From the sequence record OK499981.1: a stretch of 24,000 nt of DNA, one strand, 5' to 3'. The notes beneath the pieces are model-generated. The model ran no database searches. It was given only the letters and a program-made list of their open reading frames with translations, and had not been told where the DNA came from. Below, one piece after another: positions 1-8,966 of this stretch (within the stretch, counting starts at the first letter, position 1; every line of letters starts with the position of its first letter). The DNA is from Klebsiella phage vB_KaeM_Merci. Made by a program: the position numbers and the translations under genes.

Positions 1-16
1 GGCTGAACCAATTTTA

Positions 17-1135
17 ATGGCAGCCTTCGGCGAGGATTTCGTGGAAACACGAATCCTCTCTGAGGCAAACTCTGTGAAGTATTGGCTAAAAGCTTATGCT
101 ACACATTCTAATGCTGTTCCGAATAAGCCAGAATTGAATATTAACGGTGCCTTTGATATGACCTCCTCCTTACGGATGGGGATTAATGTCGTTCAGGTTA
201 ATGGCGACAGTTTTATTAACTTTAAAACTTTTGATGTTACCACCGATGACAACAACGCTAATAACAAAGCATTTATAGAATATGCAAATGGATTAAGTTC
301 AGGATTGTATATTATAATGACACATGAACGATTTCAATCCAGTCCGTTAATAGACAGATGGTTTAAAAATAAGTGGTCTGCTTCTTGGCCAGGTTCTGAC
401 TTTTCCAAATCATTTCCAAACTCTGCCTATGTTGGAGTGCTTGGAGCAGCAAAAGGACGTATATTAATTGAGTCATTTTACGGAAATGATGGTGTAGTTA
501 AAGAAGATTCCAGGGCTAAAGTAGATACGGTATATGATAATGTGGGCGATGTAGGATATACTGGATGTCCTTATCGTTCTATTGAAGACACTAATGAGTA
601 CTCGGATTCTACTGGATATGAATATAAGCGATATCCAGTTCAAAATGAATCTATAAGCAAAATCGCTGATTATGGATTATCTCCCGGGGATTCGGTGTTT
701 TTAGTGTGTGATATGTATGCATCTAAAAGCCTTCTTGATGCAGGTTCTACTACTAGGGCTAACTTGAGATGGTTCAAGGGCACATCTTTATTATCTTCAA
801 GCGTATCATTAGAAATTCCAAAAAATGGAGCTGATAGATGGCTAAGATTTGAAAGATTTACCGCTGTTCCTACAGACGCTGATGGATTTACTATTGTGGT
901 ATCACGATATCCAAAAACGTCCGTAGTTGGTGATTCTAAAATCAAAAACCTTGTATTTGTTCAAACCGCGCACAGCGAAAAACTTAACAGTGTTGTTCAA
1001 GAATTTGGCGTGAATGGCGTAAGAATGAATAAAGGCGTTGAAGGAGGAACCACTATGATTATGGAACTTCCAAATTCAAAAGTCGATCCGAGCGGTGTTA
1101 TTCCAGTTCAATCGTTCAGAGAAACATCTGATTAA
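17..1135 (+). CDS. 35: Long tail fibre proximal/hinge connector (T4 gp35-like)
   Basis: 372-aa ORF directly upstream of genes 36 and 37. T4 gp35-like segments include ILSEANSVKY, ISKIADYGLSPGDSVF and EFGVNGVRMN. The true start could lie further 5', close to or outside the window edge. Confidence 0.88.
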   Translation: MAAFGEDFVETRILSEANSVKYWLKAYATHSNAVPNKPELNINGAFDMTSSLRMGINVVQVNGDSFINFKTFDVTTDDNNANNKAFIEYANGLSSGLYIIMTHERFQSSPLIDRWFKNKWSASWPGSDFSKSFPNSAYVGVLGAAKGRILIESFYGNDGVVKEDSRAKVDTVYDNVGDVGYTGCPYRSIEDTNEYSDSTGYEYKRYPVQNESISKIADYGLSPGDSVFLVCDMYASKSLLDAGSTTRANLRWFKGTSLLSSSVSLEIPKNGADRWLRFERFTAVPTDADGFTIVVSRYPKTSVVGDSKIKNLVFVQTAHSEKLNSVVQEFGVNGVRMNKGVEGGTTMIMELPNSKVDPSGVIPVQSFRETSD

Positions 1136-1155
1136 GGAAGCCTTCGGGCTTCCTT
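1134..1155 (+). terminator. Rho-independent terminator after gene 35
   Basis: AAGGAAGCC-TTCG-GGCTTCCTT hairpin followed by a T-run. Confidence 0.85.
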
Positions 1156-1161
1156 TTTTCG

Positions 1162-1169
1162 TATAAATA
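1162..1169 (+). promoter_or_regulatory. T4-type late promoter (TATAAATA) for genes 36/37
   Basis: Exact TATAAATA about 24 nt upstream of the gene 36 ATG, just after the gene 35 terminator. Confidence 0.85.
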
Positions 1170-1192
1170 GAAAATATATAAGAGGATAAACT

Positions 1193-1870
1193 ATGGCCGA
1201 TTTAAAAGCAGGTTCAACAGTTGGTGGAAATCCTATTTGGCACGCAGGTACTTTTCCTCTTGTGCCGGCAGGAAACTCCCTAACTTATAGAGGTAAAAAG
1301 GTTTATACTGAGATAGATAAACCTCAAGCAAATGATAATGATTTCGTATCTAAAGCTAATGGTGGCACAGGTTCTCAAGGTTTCCAAAAGGAAGTCGAAT
1401 TTAAAGAAGGCGTAAAAGTTTCTGCGACCTTCAGTGGCGGCAACAGTTTAAACGGGCTTTATTCTGGTAATGGAGACTCAGCATCTCTAACAACAGCGAA
1501 CATTGACATTGTTTCATGGTACGGTGTCGGTATTCGTACTTCACTGGAGGGTAGAGAACGGACAGTAGTTTGGAACGCTAGAACCGGGGACCAAATAAAC
1601 AAAGGAAGTATAACAGCTTCTATTCTTAGTTCTAATAATGCTCCTACAGCCGCTCAGCATTTAACGCGTAAAGATTATGTCGATGGACGAATAAATACTG
1701 TTAGCAACGTAGCTAACGCAGCAGTCAAGAAAGCTGGTGATACCATGACAGGTGCACTACGAGCTGAAGCTGGCGTAGTTATAGTAAACACAGCAACATC
1801 CGGTGAATATGCTCCTAGATTAGATCAGGTTATTTCACGCGGGGTAACAATAGATTTTGGCACATACTAA
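1193..1870 (+). CDS. 36: Small distal long-tail-fibre subunit (T4 gp36-like)
   Basis: 225 aa. Starts MADLKAGSTVGGNPIWHAGTFPL. Contains KPQANDNDFVSKANGGT, GLYSGNGDSA and ANIDIVSWYGVG as in T4 gp36. Confidence 0.93.
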   Translation: MADLKAGSTVGGNPIWHAGTFPLVPAGNSLTYRGKKVYTEIDKPQANDNDFVSKANGGTGSQGFQKEVEFKEGVKVSATFSGGNSLNGLYSGNGDSASLTTANIDIVSWYGVGIRTSLEGRERTVVWNARTGDQINKGSITASILSSNNAPTAAQHLTRKDYVDGRINTVSNVANAAVKKAGDTMTGALRAEAGVVIVNTATSGEYAPRLDQVISRGVTIDFGTY

Positions 1871-1879
1871 GAGGTAGCC

Positions 1880-4800
1880 ATGGCCGATCAAAACTTAAAA
1901 CAAATACAATTTAAAAGAACTAGCACAGAGAATAAAGCACCAGGTGCAGATATCGTAGCCCGTGGCGAAATCGCGTTGAATACACATGGGCGTACTCTTG
2001 CCATTTATACTAAAGATGAAAATGATGCCGTAGTACAGCTCGCCGGTAAAGGGGTTCCTTTCTTAGATACCTCCGGAACTCTTAGCGTTGATGGAACTAC
2101 TACATTAAAAGACAACGTAACTATTTCTCCGAATAAAGCAATTAGTTTTGAAACTACTGATTTGAGCGGTGAAATAACTCGTCATATCGTTGGCAAATGT
2201 GCTACTAATGATGGCTGGTACATTGGTGCCGGTGGTACAAGCAATAACGGCATTCTTGAAATCGGTACTATTGATGATGGCGCTGAAACTATTCAATTCG
2301 TACAACGCGGAAGCGGCAACGTCGAAGCCCGAAAATTGGTCTTGCTTGACGGCTCGGGTAATACGACTCTTCCTGGCGATTTAAGATTATCTACCAATAA
2401 GACTGTTAAAATTAACAGTGGAAGCAACCTTGTCCTTGAAATGGGTGTAGGCTCTAACGACGCTTACATTAAAAACCAGAGAGGCACTGGTGTTCTTCAA
2501 TTAACCAATGATAGCAATTTAACGTTCAGAAATTCCCAGGTTTATTACGCTATGGATGGAAGAGGTCCTGGTAAATCCGGTACTCTTCTGACAAATGTAG
2601 AAAACAATCGTCAGGCATGGCAATACGTAATTTCTGCTGCAACCGCTGGAACTCCACGTTGGGTTAAAGTAGCTACATTGAAACATCCAGGAGACGCGTC
2701 TTCACAGCTGGATTTAATGATTACTGGTGGCGTTGATTCTGGGCATGGCAAACATTATGTTGATTTTATCACGTTATCTGGTCGCAGTTTAACATTCTGG
2801 AGCACCAGCAATTTAGATAACTGGGTTGAATGGCGTCGAGTCGGTTCTCCGTCTAAAACAAACGTTCCAGAGTATTACGTTGTTAAAAATGATGCTGCTA
2901 CCGATGCTGATGCGTCATTTGACTTTTACGTTAAGGTTCCTCAATACAGCAATGAACTTTATATTACAGTGTTGAACACTGCTGGATACAATGGCCAAGA
3001 TAGCGGTAAAGTAATTATCTATGAAACTGGTCAAGATACTGGTGCTACTACACCAACTGGAAGCATTCTTGTTTCAATGAAACAGATTTTTGACAGCTAC
3101 TCAAAACCAGATTTCGGCGATACTACTGGTACTCTTCCAGTTAACCGCGGTGGTACAGGTGCTACTAATGTAGGAGACGCTCGAAATAACTTAGGTCTTA
3201 GAACTGCAGCTGTTCGCGACGTTGGTGAATCCAACGGAAACGTGATGGAAGTTGGTGCCTTCGGTATTGGTGGTAACGGGAAATCACTTACGAATATCAC
3301 ATCCGATGTTGATTTAATGACTCGTCTTAAGGCTCTTGGTGGTACAGTATTCAGAGCCAACACAGCGAGTGGTTATACCGGGGCTCCTTATTACTCCCAC
3401 GGCACCGGTTTTTATGGAAGAGCTTCTGACACAATGTCTGCTCTTAATATAGACTATGCAACTGGTATCGTCAGAGTATTTGCTACAAACGATAGCGGTT
3501 TAGCAAGTGGAAAGGTAAATTCTAATGTTCTCTACGGCACAGCAAATAAGCCATCTAAGGATGACGTCGGACTTGGTAATCTAACAAACGATACCCAAGT
3601 TAAGAAAGCTGGCGACACCATGACCGGCGATTTAATCGCTCCTAATTTACATGCTTCTGGGACTGGAACTGCGTCGGTGTATGTTAATGCTGGGACTGGA
3701 AACGCTCATGTGTGGTTTAGAACAGACGCCAATGAACGCGGTGTAATTTGGGCAACTCCAAATACTGCTGACTTAGGACAAATTAATATTCGTGCAAAAA
3801 CTACTGGTGATGTTTCTGCCGGTGATTTTAGCTTCCGTTCTGATGGCCGCCTTGATGTTCCTGTAGCAGTTAAAATTGGTGGAGCAGCAATGCTAACCAA
3901 AGACGGGAACATTACCTCTGGCTCGATGTTTGGTGGTAACCTTAACAACTATTTGACTTCTATTAAAAATGATATCGCCACCGGTGATAGTAAGAAAGTA
4001 AGTAAAACCGGTGACACAATGACCGGCAACTTGACTATTAACGCTAACTTAAAAGTCGAAAATCCTAATGGAACGATGGTTGATTTGGGTTCAGAGAACT
4101 CATACAAATACAGCAGATTAACCCTTGCTCGTAAAGTTGGCGATGGCGCTGCTGTAGCAATGCTTAAAGTTACTCCTGAAGGACACGTGCAATTTGGTTA
4201 TCAAACTGCAGTTGCTACTCCAGCTCCTAGTAAATATATTCTAGTTAAATCCAGCGGTCTTGAGGTAGAAGGGGATTTGGTTTTTAATCAGACATATAGC
4301 GGTGCTGAAGAAGCAGTTGATATTTCTGATAAGACTGTTGACCTTAACAGCCTGGTTATTAAAAAATCCGGTTTAGGCACTCGTCAGCTGTATAAATGTA
4401 TGTCGTCTGGCGGTGGTTCTAATATATCTAATAAACCTACATCTGACGGCAACTTTGTTCTTGAAGTTCTGTCTTTGCGTAAGGTTTCTGATAACGATTG
4501 GACATGTAAGCAGACCTTTACTACAAAGAATAACACCACTGTTGGCACATATGTTCGCTATGCCCAAAATGGCTCATGGACTGCATGGGAAGAAGTTGTA
4601 TCTGGTGTTCAGCCAATTAATTTAGGCGGTACCGGAGCAACTTCTGTAGCTGCTGCTCGTAATAACCTTGGTGTTGGTGAAGGACAAACCGTATCATTCG
4701 GTAATTTAGTTACAAACGATTTAACCGTAAATGGAAATGCTAGATTAGTTGGAAGACTGAACCTTGGTTCTACTTCTGCGACTGGCGTATTACGAGCCAA

Positions 4801-6049
4801 TGAAACCGGCGCAGTTGTTTTAGGTTCTGCTAGTGGTCAAAACATTCACGTTAGAGCAGGAAGTGCCGATACTTCTGCTGGTGAAACTCGCTTTGAGCCA
4901 AATGGAAACGTTGTAGTTGGTGGTGCTATTACAGCTTCTGGAAGCTTGCAAGTAAATGGCGAAGCCGCGATGAGCAGAAGCCTGATCGTTTCTCAAAATA
5001 TAAAGAATACCAACGATAATAGTTTTATTCTGATGGGAAAAGATTCGGATTTAGGTTTCGTTAAAAAATCTAACTCTGGCGCTAAACTGGTATTTGCTTC
5101 AGGAAAATCGTTTATTGTCGCTAAATCGTCGGCAACTGCGATAGCTAATCCGGCTTCGGAAACTTACACTGATGTGTTTAAAGTTGATGCAGACGGAAAC
5201 CAAACTGTTTACGGAAATTCAGCAGTTTCTAGAGCTTTGACTGTATCAAGTACAGCTACAGTTAATGGCGTTATTAATGCCAACGGCGGTATTATTGTTC
5301 CTACTACCAAGTATGTGCAAATTGCTGATGCTCCTACGCAGAATAACCAAGCTACCAACAAGAAATATGTTGATGATAAGGTTGCTTCTGCCATTAGTAA
5401 TGCTGGTGATACTTATCTTCCGTTAGCGGGTGGTACTGTGACTGGGCGGTTAATAATTACAGGCGATCAGTTAAAAACCACATCACTTTGGGCTACCGGA
5501 AATTCGGCACTTAACGGTAATTTAGAAGTAGGCGGTAATGTTGTTAGTAATACTGGTATTGGTAGTTTTGTTGGTGCTGTAGATGTTAAGGCCCCTGCCG
5601 TAGATAATGGTACAACGCACCTTTGGTTCCGACATTCTGATAATGGCGAGCGTGGCGTTATCTATATGCCTAAAGACAACAATACCATGATGGGTTTACG
5701 AGCCGCTTCAGCTGAATGGCAGTTGCATGGCAATACAGGACAAATGACTGGCCCTGGAGCGCGTTGGACGCTGCATGCTGATGGTAACCTACAAGGCGAT
5801 GTTTATGGTGGATATATTACTGACTTTATCAGCAATAGGTTTAACCAGTGCGCTCAATGGGTCCGTACAGGAGCTCGATGGGACATCGGGCCCATCGGTC
5901 GTCCTTCGCCGGGTAAAACCGTTGACCCTGGCTGGGTAATGATCGGTCTTAACGCTGATAGCACTGAAGCCAACCAGAACATGCGGATAATCGCCGGACG
6001 GTTACAGGTATGGAAGCCGGGTGTTGAATGGATTGATTCTGCTACTTGA
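1880..6049 (+). CDS. 37: Large distal long-tail-fibre subunit (gp37-like) with a divergent C-terminal tip
   Basis: 1389-aa ORF. N-terminus MADQNLKQIQFKRTSTENKAPGADIVARGEIALN is T4 gp37-like. Contains repeated GGTGAT..ARNNLG, GDTMTG and HxWFR..ERGVI fibre motifs. Confidence 0.9.
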   Translation: MADQNLKQIQFKRTSTENKAPGADIVARGEIALNTHGRTLAIYTKDENDAVVQLAGKGVPFLDTSGTLSVDGTTTLKDNVTISPNKAISFETTDLSGEITRHIVGKCATNDGWYIGAGGTSNNGILEIGTIDDGAETIQFVQRGSGNVEARKLVLLDGSGNTTLPGDLRLSTNKTVKINSGSNLVLEMGVGSNDAYIKNQRGTGVLQLTNDSNLTFRNSQVYYAMDGRGPGKSGTLLTNVENNRQAWQYVISAATAGTPRWVKVATLKHPGDASSQLDLMITGGVDSGHGKHYVDFITLSGRSLTFWSTSNLDNWVEWRRVGSPSKTNVPEYYVVKNDAATDADASFDFYVKVPQYSNELYITVLNTAGYNGQDSGKVIIYETGQDTGATTPTGSILVSMKQIFDSYSKPDFGDTTGTLPVNRGGTGATNVGDARNNLGLRTAAVRDVGESNGNVMEVGAFGIGGNGKSLTNITSDVDLMTRLKALGGTVFRANTASGYTGAPYYSHGTGFYGRASDTMSALNIDYATGIVRVFATNDSGLASGKVNSNVLYGTANKPSKDDVGLGNLTNDTQVKKAGDTMTGDLIAPNLHASGTGTASVYVNAGTGNAHVWFRTDANERGVIWATPNTADLGQINIRAKTTGDVSAGDFSFRSDGRLDVPVAVKIGGAAMLTKDGNITSGSMFGGNLNNYLTSIKNDIATGDSKKVSKTGDTMTGNLTINANLKVENPNGTMVDLGSENSYKYSRLTLARKVGDGAAVAMLKVTPEGHVQFGYQTAVATPAPSKYILVKSSGLEVEGDLVFNQTYSGAEEAVDISDKTVDLNSLVIKKSGLGTRQLYKCMSSGGGSNISNKPTSDGNFVLEVLSLRKVSDNDWTCKQTFTTKNNTTVGTYVRYAQNGSWTAWEEVVSGVQPINLGGTGATSVAAARNNLGVGEGQTVSFGNLVTNDLTVNGNARLVGRLNLGSTSATGVLRANETGAVVLGSASGQNIHVRAGSADTSAGETRFEPNGNVVVGGAITASGSLQVNGEAAMSRSLIVSQNIKNTNDNSFILMGKDSDLGFVKKSNSGAKLVFASGKSFIVAKSSATAIANPASETYTDVFKVDADGNQTVYGNSAVSRALTVSSTATVNGVINANGGIIVPTTKYVQIADAPTQNNQATNKKYVDDKVASAISNAGDTYLPLAGGTVTGRLIITGDQLKTTSLWATGNSALNGNLEVGGNVVSNTGIGSFVGAVDVKAPAVDNGTTHLWFRHSDNGERGVIYMPKDNNTMMGLRAASAEWQLHGNTGQMTGPGARWTLHADGNLQGDVYGGYITDFISNRFNQCAQWVRTGARWDIGPIGRPSPGKTVDPGWVMIGLNADSTEANQNMRIIAGRLQVWKPGVEWIDSAT

Positions 6050-6053
6050 TAAT

Positions 6054-6071
6054 AAGGGGCTTCGGCCCCTT
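6054..6071 (+). terminator. UUCG-loop hairpin after gene 37
   Basis: AAGGGGC-TTCG-GCCCCTT. Confidence 0.75.
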
Positions 6072-6090
6072 TAAACTTAAAGGTAAACAA

Positions 6091-6495
6091 ATGATTATTA
6101 AACAGATGAAAGGAATTAAATGGCATCACAACTTTGAAGGTGGTGCCTATTATCGTGATTGTAACGATAACTGCTGGTATTCTTTTAGAAATTCTCTCGA
6201 TAAAAATTCCCATATCATTATAGTTAATGCTAAAACAAACAAGATAATTAATTACTATAACGGCGAAGACCCAACCATGATCGGGTTATTTGCTGATAAA
6301 GAAATGATTTTAGATGTATATCAACTTGACGATTTTCCTGTGGATTCATGGGATGAATTCACACAAAGAGAATTTGAATTTGTAGACGAACAAGTTGTGA
6401 TGACCAAAGATGTACAAGTTCCTAAAGAAAGAACTAAAGATGACATCATGAAAGATTTAATGAAGCTTAAGGCTGAATTGGAATCATTGCAATAA
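6091..6495 (+). CDS. Putative tail fibre assembly/chaperone protein (gene 38 position)
   Basis: 134 aa from ATG at 6091 (RBS AAAGGTAAACAA). The listed ORF start at 6046 lies before the terminator. C-terminal RTKDDIMKDLMKLKAELESLQ resembles Tfa-like proteins. Position is between 37 and t. Confidence 0.65.
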   Translation: MIIKQMKGIKWHHNFEGGAYYRDCNDNCWYSFRNSLDKNSHIIIVNAKTNKIINYYNGEDPTMIGLFADKEMILDVYQLDDFPVDSWDEFTQREFEFVDEQVVMTKDVQVPKERTKDDIMKDLMKLKAELESLQ

Positions 6496-6498
6496 ATA
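6491..6498 (+). promoter_or_regulatory. Candidate late promoter for holin t
   Basis: AATAAATA, one mismatch to TATAAATA, about 20 nt upstream of the t ATG. Weak. Confidence 0.35.
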
Positions 6499-6517
6499 GC
6501 TCTGTAAGGAGAGCAAT

Positions 6518-7174
6518 ATGGCAAGCAAACAATCAATACCATTTTTTGATATGTTTCTTGGGTTGCTCGAGCTATTGTTCAAAGATGGAGCCACGGGAAG
6601 AGTTCTCTTTTCCCGTGTTTTTGTTGTCATACTTTTAGCATTGTTGGCGTTTGCTGGTTATAAGTCAGATAGTCTTATTACTGCTTACGTCGATAGTACT
6701 TATGATAAGTATGATAAACTGGTTCAAAAGGACAGGGATGCCCGATTTGATAACACAGCACTCGAACAACTCCAGATAGTACATATCTCAAGTGGTGCAG
6801 ATTTTTCTGCGGTCTTTACGTTCAGACCTAAAAACTTGAACTACTTCGTAGACTTAATTGCTTATGAGGGGACTTTACCTAGCACGGTAGATTCTAAAAA
6901 CTTGGGAGGATATCCAATCGACAAAACGTCTGCTGAATATAGCACGCATTTATCGGGTAGATATTTTTGGACGGATAAGGAATTTGTTTTCTTACCAACA
7001 AAAAGAAAACCGCCTGAGATATCGTATATGTTTAGCTGTCCGTATTTCAATTTAGACAATGTTTATGCTGGAACTGTTGAAATGTACTGGTACAATTCCA
7101 AACCTGCATTATCTAACGAAAGACTAACATCGATATGTGGTCAGGCGGTAAGAGCTCTTGGAAGAGCTAAGTGA
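6518..7174 (+). CDS. t: Holin (T4 gpt-like)
   Basis: 218 aa. N-terminal TM segment, then ALEQLQIVHISSGADFSAVFTFRPKNLNYFVDLIAYEG and SCPYFNLDNVYAGT, closely matching T4 holin. Confidence 0.95.
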   Translation: MASKQSIPFFDMFLGLLELLFKDGATGRVLFSRVFVVILLALLAFAGYKSDSLITAYVDSTYDKYDKLVQKDRDARFDNTALEQLQIVHISSGADFSAVFTFRPKNLNYFVDLIAYEGTLPSTVDSKNLGGYPIDKTSAEYSTHLSGRYFWTDKEFVFLPTKRKPPEISYMFSCPYFNLDNVYAGTVEMYWYNSKPALSNERLTSICGQAVRALGRAK

Positions 7175-7447
7175 TTACTTATTACTATGCATAGCCATTG
7201 TTCGATAGATAGACTCAAATCCCTCGTTGTATTCTTCAACGAGAATTCTCTTCTCTTCGTCAGTTAACTCAGAAACCATTTTACGAAAATTGCTCTGATT
7301 TAACTGACGCCCCTGCTCGTTCTTGATTCCGATTTCATTCAAGAACGCAATAAATTCATCTCGCTTCTCCATGATATGTTCAGCATTGAACTTAGTCAGA
7401 ATAGAAGCAACAGTAACAATTTCTTGGACAATTTCAAACTTAGTCAT
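7175..7447 (-). CDS. asiA: Anti-sigma70 factor AsiA
   Basis: ORF matches T4 AsiA: EIVTVASILTKF, FIAFLNEIG, LNQSNFRKMVSELTDEEK, EYNEGFE. Likely start is ATG at 7447 (RBS GTAGGAAAATA). The listed 7522 start runs back through a promoter. Confidence 0.93.
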   Translation of the reverse strand: MTKFEIVQEIVTVASILTKFNAEHIMEKRDEFIAFLNEIGIKNEQGRQLNQSNFRKMVSELTDEEKRILVEEYNEGFESIYRTMAMHSNK

Positions 7448-7472
7448 TATTTTTCCTACAACATAATGGATT

Positions 7473-7501
7473 ATAGTATCATCTTGATACCGCGTTGTAA
7501 A
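7473..7501 (-). promoter_or_regulatory. Early sigma70-like promoter for asiA
   Basis: TTTACA - 17 nt - TACTAT on the - strand. Confidence 0.75.
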
Positions 7502-7506
7502 CTGGT

Positions 7507-7773
7507 TTATGCCAATTCCCAACGAGAATTCAAATCTTCCTTGGTAGTGATATACTCAGCACCAGAGGACATCCAGAGCCCGTAGCGACCATCTTTTACT
7601 CTAGCCGTTAAATACCATTCCTTTCCAATTGGACGAACCCTACGATTCATCCAGTGACATACATCAATTGCCTCCTGAAAAGACAAGTCAATCAGACTTC
7701 CAAGCGCAATTTTATTCATTAACGCTTCGAGATATCTTTGTGATTCAACGACAGATTCTAAGTTATGACTCAT
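7507..7773 (-). CDS. Hypothetical early protein (88 aa)
   Basis: Open frame in the tightly packed - strand array. Stop/start overlap with the upstream ORF. Confidence 0.7.
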   Translation of the reverse strand: MSHNLESVVESQRYLEALMNKIALGSLIDLSFQEAIDVCHWMNRRVRPIGKEWYLTARVKDGRYGLWMSSGAEYITTKEDLNSRWELA

Positions 7774-8096
7774 GCTAAAACTACCTCTCCGCGATTACCT
7801 AAAATGCTTTCGATATACTCAACTCCACTTATAATGTCACCTCTATCCTTTGCTTTAATAGTAATAATTCCATACGTGTGGAAATCTGCTGATAGACTAA
7901 ACGGCTTAGAAGCTTCCTGAGTAAACGCAAACATTACTGCTTGCTCTAAATGTTTTACTTCTAAGTCATTAGCCCAAGAGTTAAGAACTTTAAGCCTAAC
8001 TTGTAAAGTGTATTCTACTTTAATTGCTGAAAGAAATTCAACACGTTTATGATATGCCTTGGCTTCATCTTCTCTGCGTAAAGTTTCAGTATTCAT
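7770..8096 (-). CDS. Hypothetical early protein (108 aa)
   Basis: Open frame with 4-nt overlaps to both neighbours. Confidence 0.7.
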   Translation of the reverse strand: MNTETLRREDEAKAYHKRVEFLSAIKVEYTLQVRLKVLNSWANDLEVKHLEQAVMFAFTQEASKPFSLSADFHTYGIITIKAKDRGDIISGVEYIESILGNRGEVVLA

Positions 8097-8371
8097 AGAT
8101 AATCTCCAATGTCATAAGCATCAACACATTTCTGAAATTGTTCAAGAACTTCTTCAGGTTCAACGTTAGCAATAATAGCTACAGTAAAGGTACCATTATT
8201 CCAATCATGTACCATCCAGTCCCCATATCCTGCATTCTGAAGGTCTTCCATTAGTTCAGAATGGATATCTGCTACTAATCCAGAATGGTCCCCTAGTTTC
8301 TTATGGAGAGCTTCTAGGTCATCACAAATAATAGTTAAAGTAGTACATTTGGAATTATTCAGAATGCGCAT
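8093..8371 (-). CDS. Hypothetical early protein, start probably at MRILNNSKC
   Basis: Listed ORF begins at 8458. An RBS-like AAAGGTAAAGACA sits before ATG 8371, and the 5' part overlaps a separate small basic ORF. Protein is rich in acidic residues. Confidence 0.55.
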   Translation of the reverse strand: MRILNNSKCTTLTIICDDLEALHKKLGDHSGLVADIHSELMEDLQNAGYGDWMVHDWNNGTFTVAIIANVEPEEVLEQFQKCVDAYDIGDYL

Positions 8372-8480
8372 TGTCTTTACCTTTGTGTTTTTGCTTACGT
8401 TTTGATTCTTTGGCAGCCCGCTTTTTATCTTTATGCGCGCCTCCTTTGTTAAAGTCATTCTTCGCTACTGGGTTGTACAT
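8355..8480 (-). CDS. Small strongly basic protein (41 aa): MYNPVAKNDFNKGGAHKDKKRAAKESKRKQKHKGKDNAHSE
   Basis: ATG at 8480 preceded by TGAGGTAATTTCAC. TAA at 8355-8357. Absent from the supplied ORF list because of its length. Confidence 0.6.
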   Translation of the reverse strand: MYNPVAKNDFNKGGAHKDKKRAAKESKRKQKHKGKDNAHSE

Positions 8481-8667
8481 GTGAAATTACCTCATTTAAG
8501 CAGTTGCGTGTAATATCAAAACGCTTAGCAATACCGCATTCTTGGATATGCGCTCTTAAATCACCGGCGTGCACATATCCCAATTCCAAGATAAACCGTT
8601 TAATTTGAGCCTTTTCTGAACGATTTAAGCAGTTGAAGTAATCTGCCTTGGCGCTTATTGTTCTCAC
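8455..8667 (-). CDS. Hypothetical early protein (70 aa)
   Basis: Open frame in the array. Confidence 0.6.
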   Translation of the reverse strand: MRTISAKADYFNCLNRSEKAQIKRFILELGYVHAGDLRAHIQECGIAKRFDITRNCLNEVISHVQPSSEE

Positions 8668-8966
8668 GCTTTATCTTCCTTGCATTCAAGTTCCTTGATG
8701 TAATAGTCAATATCTTTAATCATTTCTTCTGTCATTACTTTGTACATTTCAGCAAGAAACGGTTTAGCGCCGCCATTAAATGGATGACTAAACGGACAGA
8801 TGTATTCCTTATCCATGAGAGTTTTCATGAATTTGCTATCTGCCATTTTAAACCCGGCTTCATTGGTATATGTACCCCAATTATCGTCCATCATTTCTAA
8901 CGAACGCTGGAGCGATTTACGTTGAATTTTTAAAAGTGTAAGGTTATTCTTTAATGTACTAATCAT
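8664..8966 (-). CDS. Hypothetical early protein (100 aa)
   Basis: Open frame with a 4-nt overlap to the next ORF. Confidence 0.65.
   Translation of the reverse strand: MISTLKNNLTLLKIQRKSLQRSLEMMDDNWGTYTNEAGFKMADSKFMKTLMDKEYICPFSHPFNGGAKPFLAEMYKVMTEEMIKDIDYYIKELECKEDKA

Noticed and set aside
670-5394. Listed - strand ORFs inside genes 35-37 (for example 3097..3363, 3706..3948, 4609..4800)
   Set aside because: Antisense to strongly supported fibre genes, no RBS or family signal, and compositions typical of shadow ORFs.
7447-7522. N-terminal extension of asiA in the ORF track
   Set aside because: It overlaps the early promoter and is not AsiA-like. The conserved protein begins at 7447 with a proper RBS.
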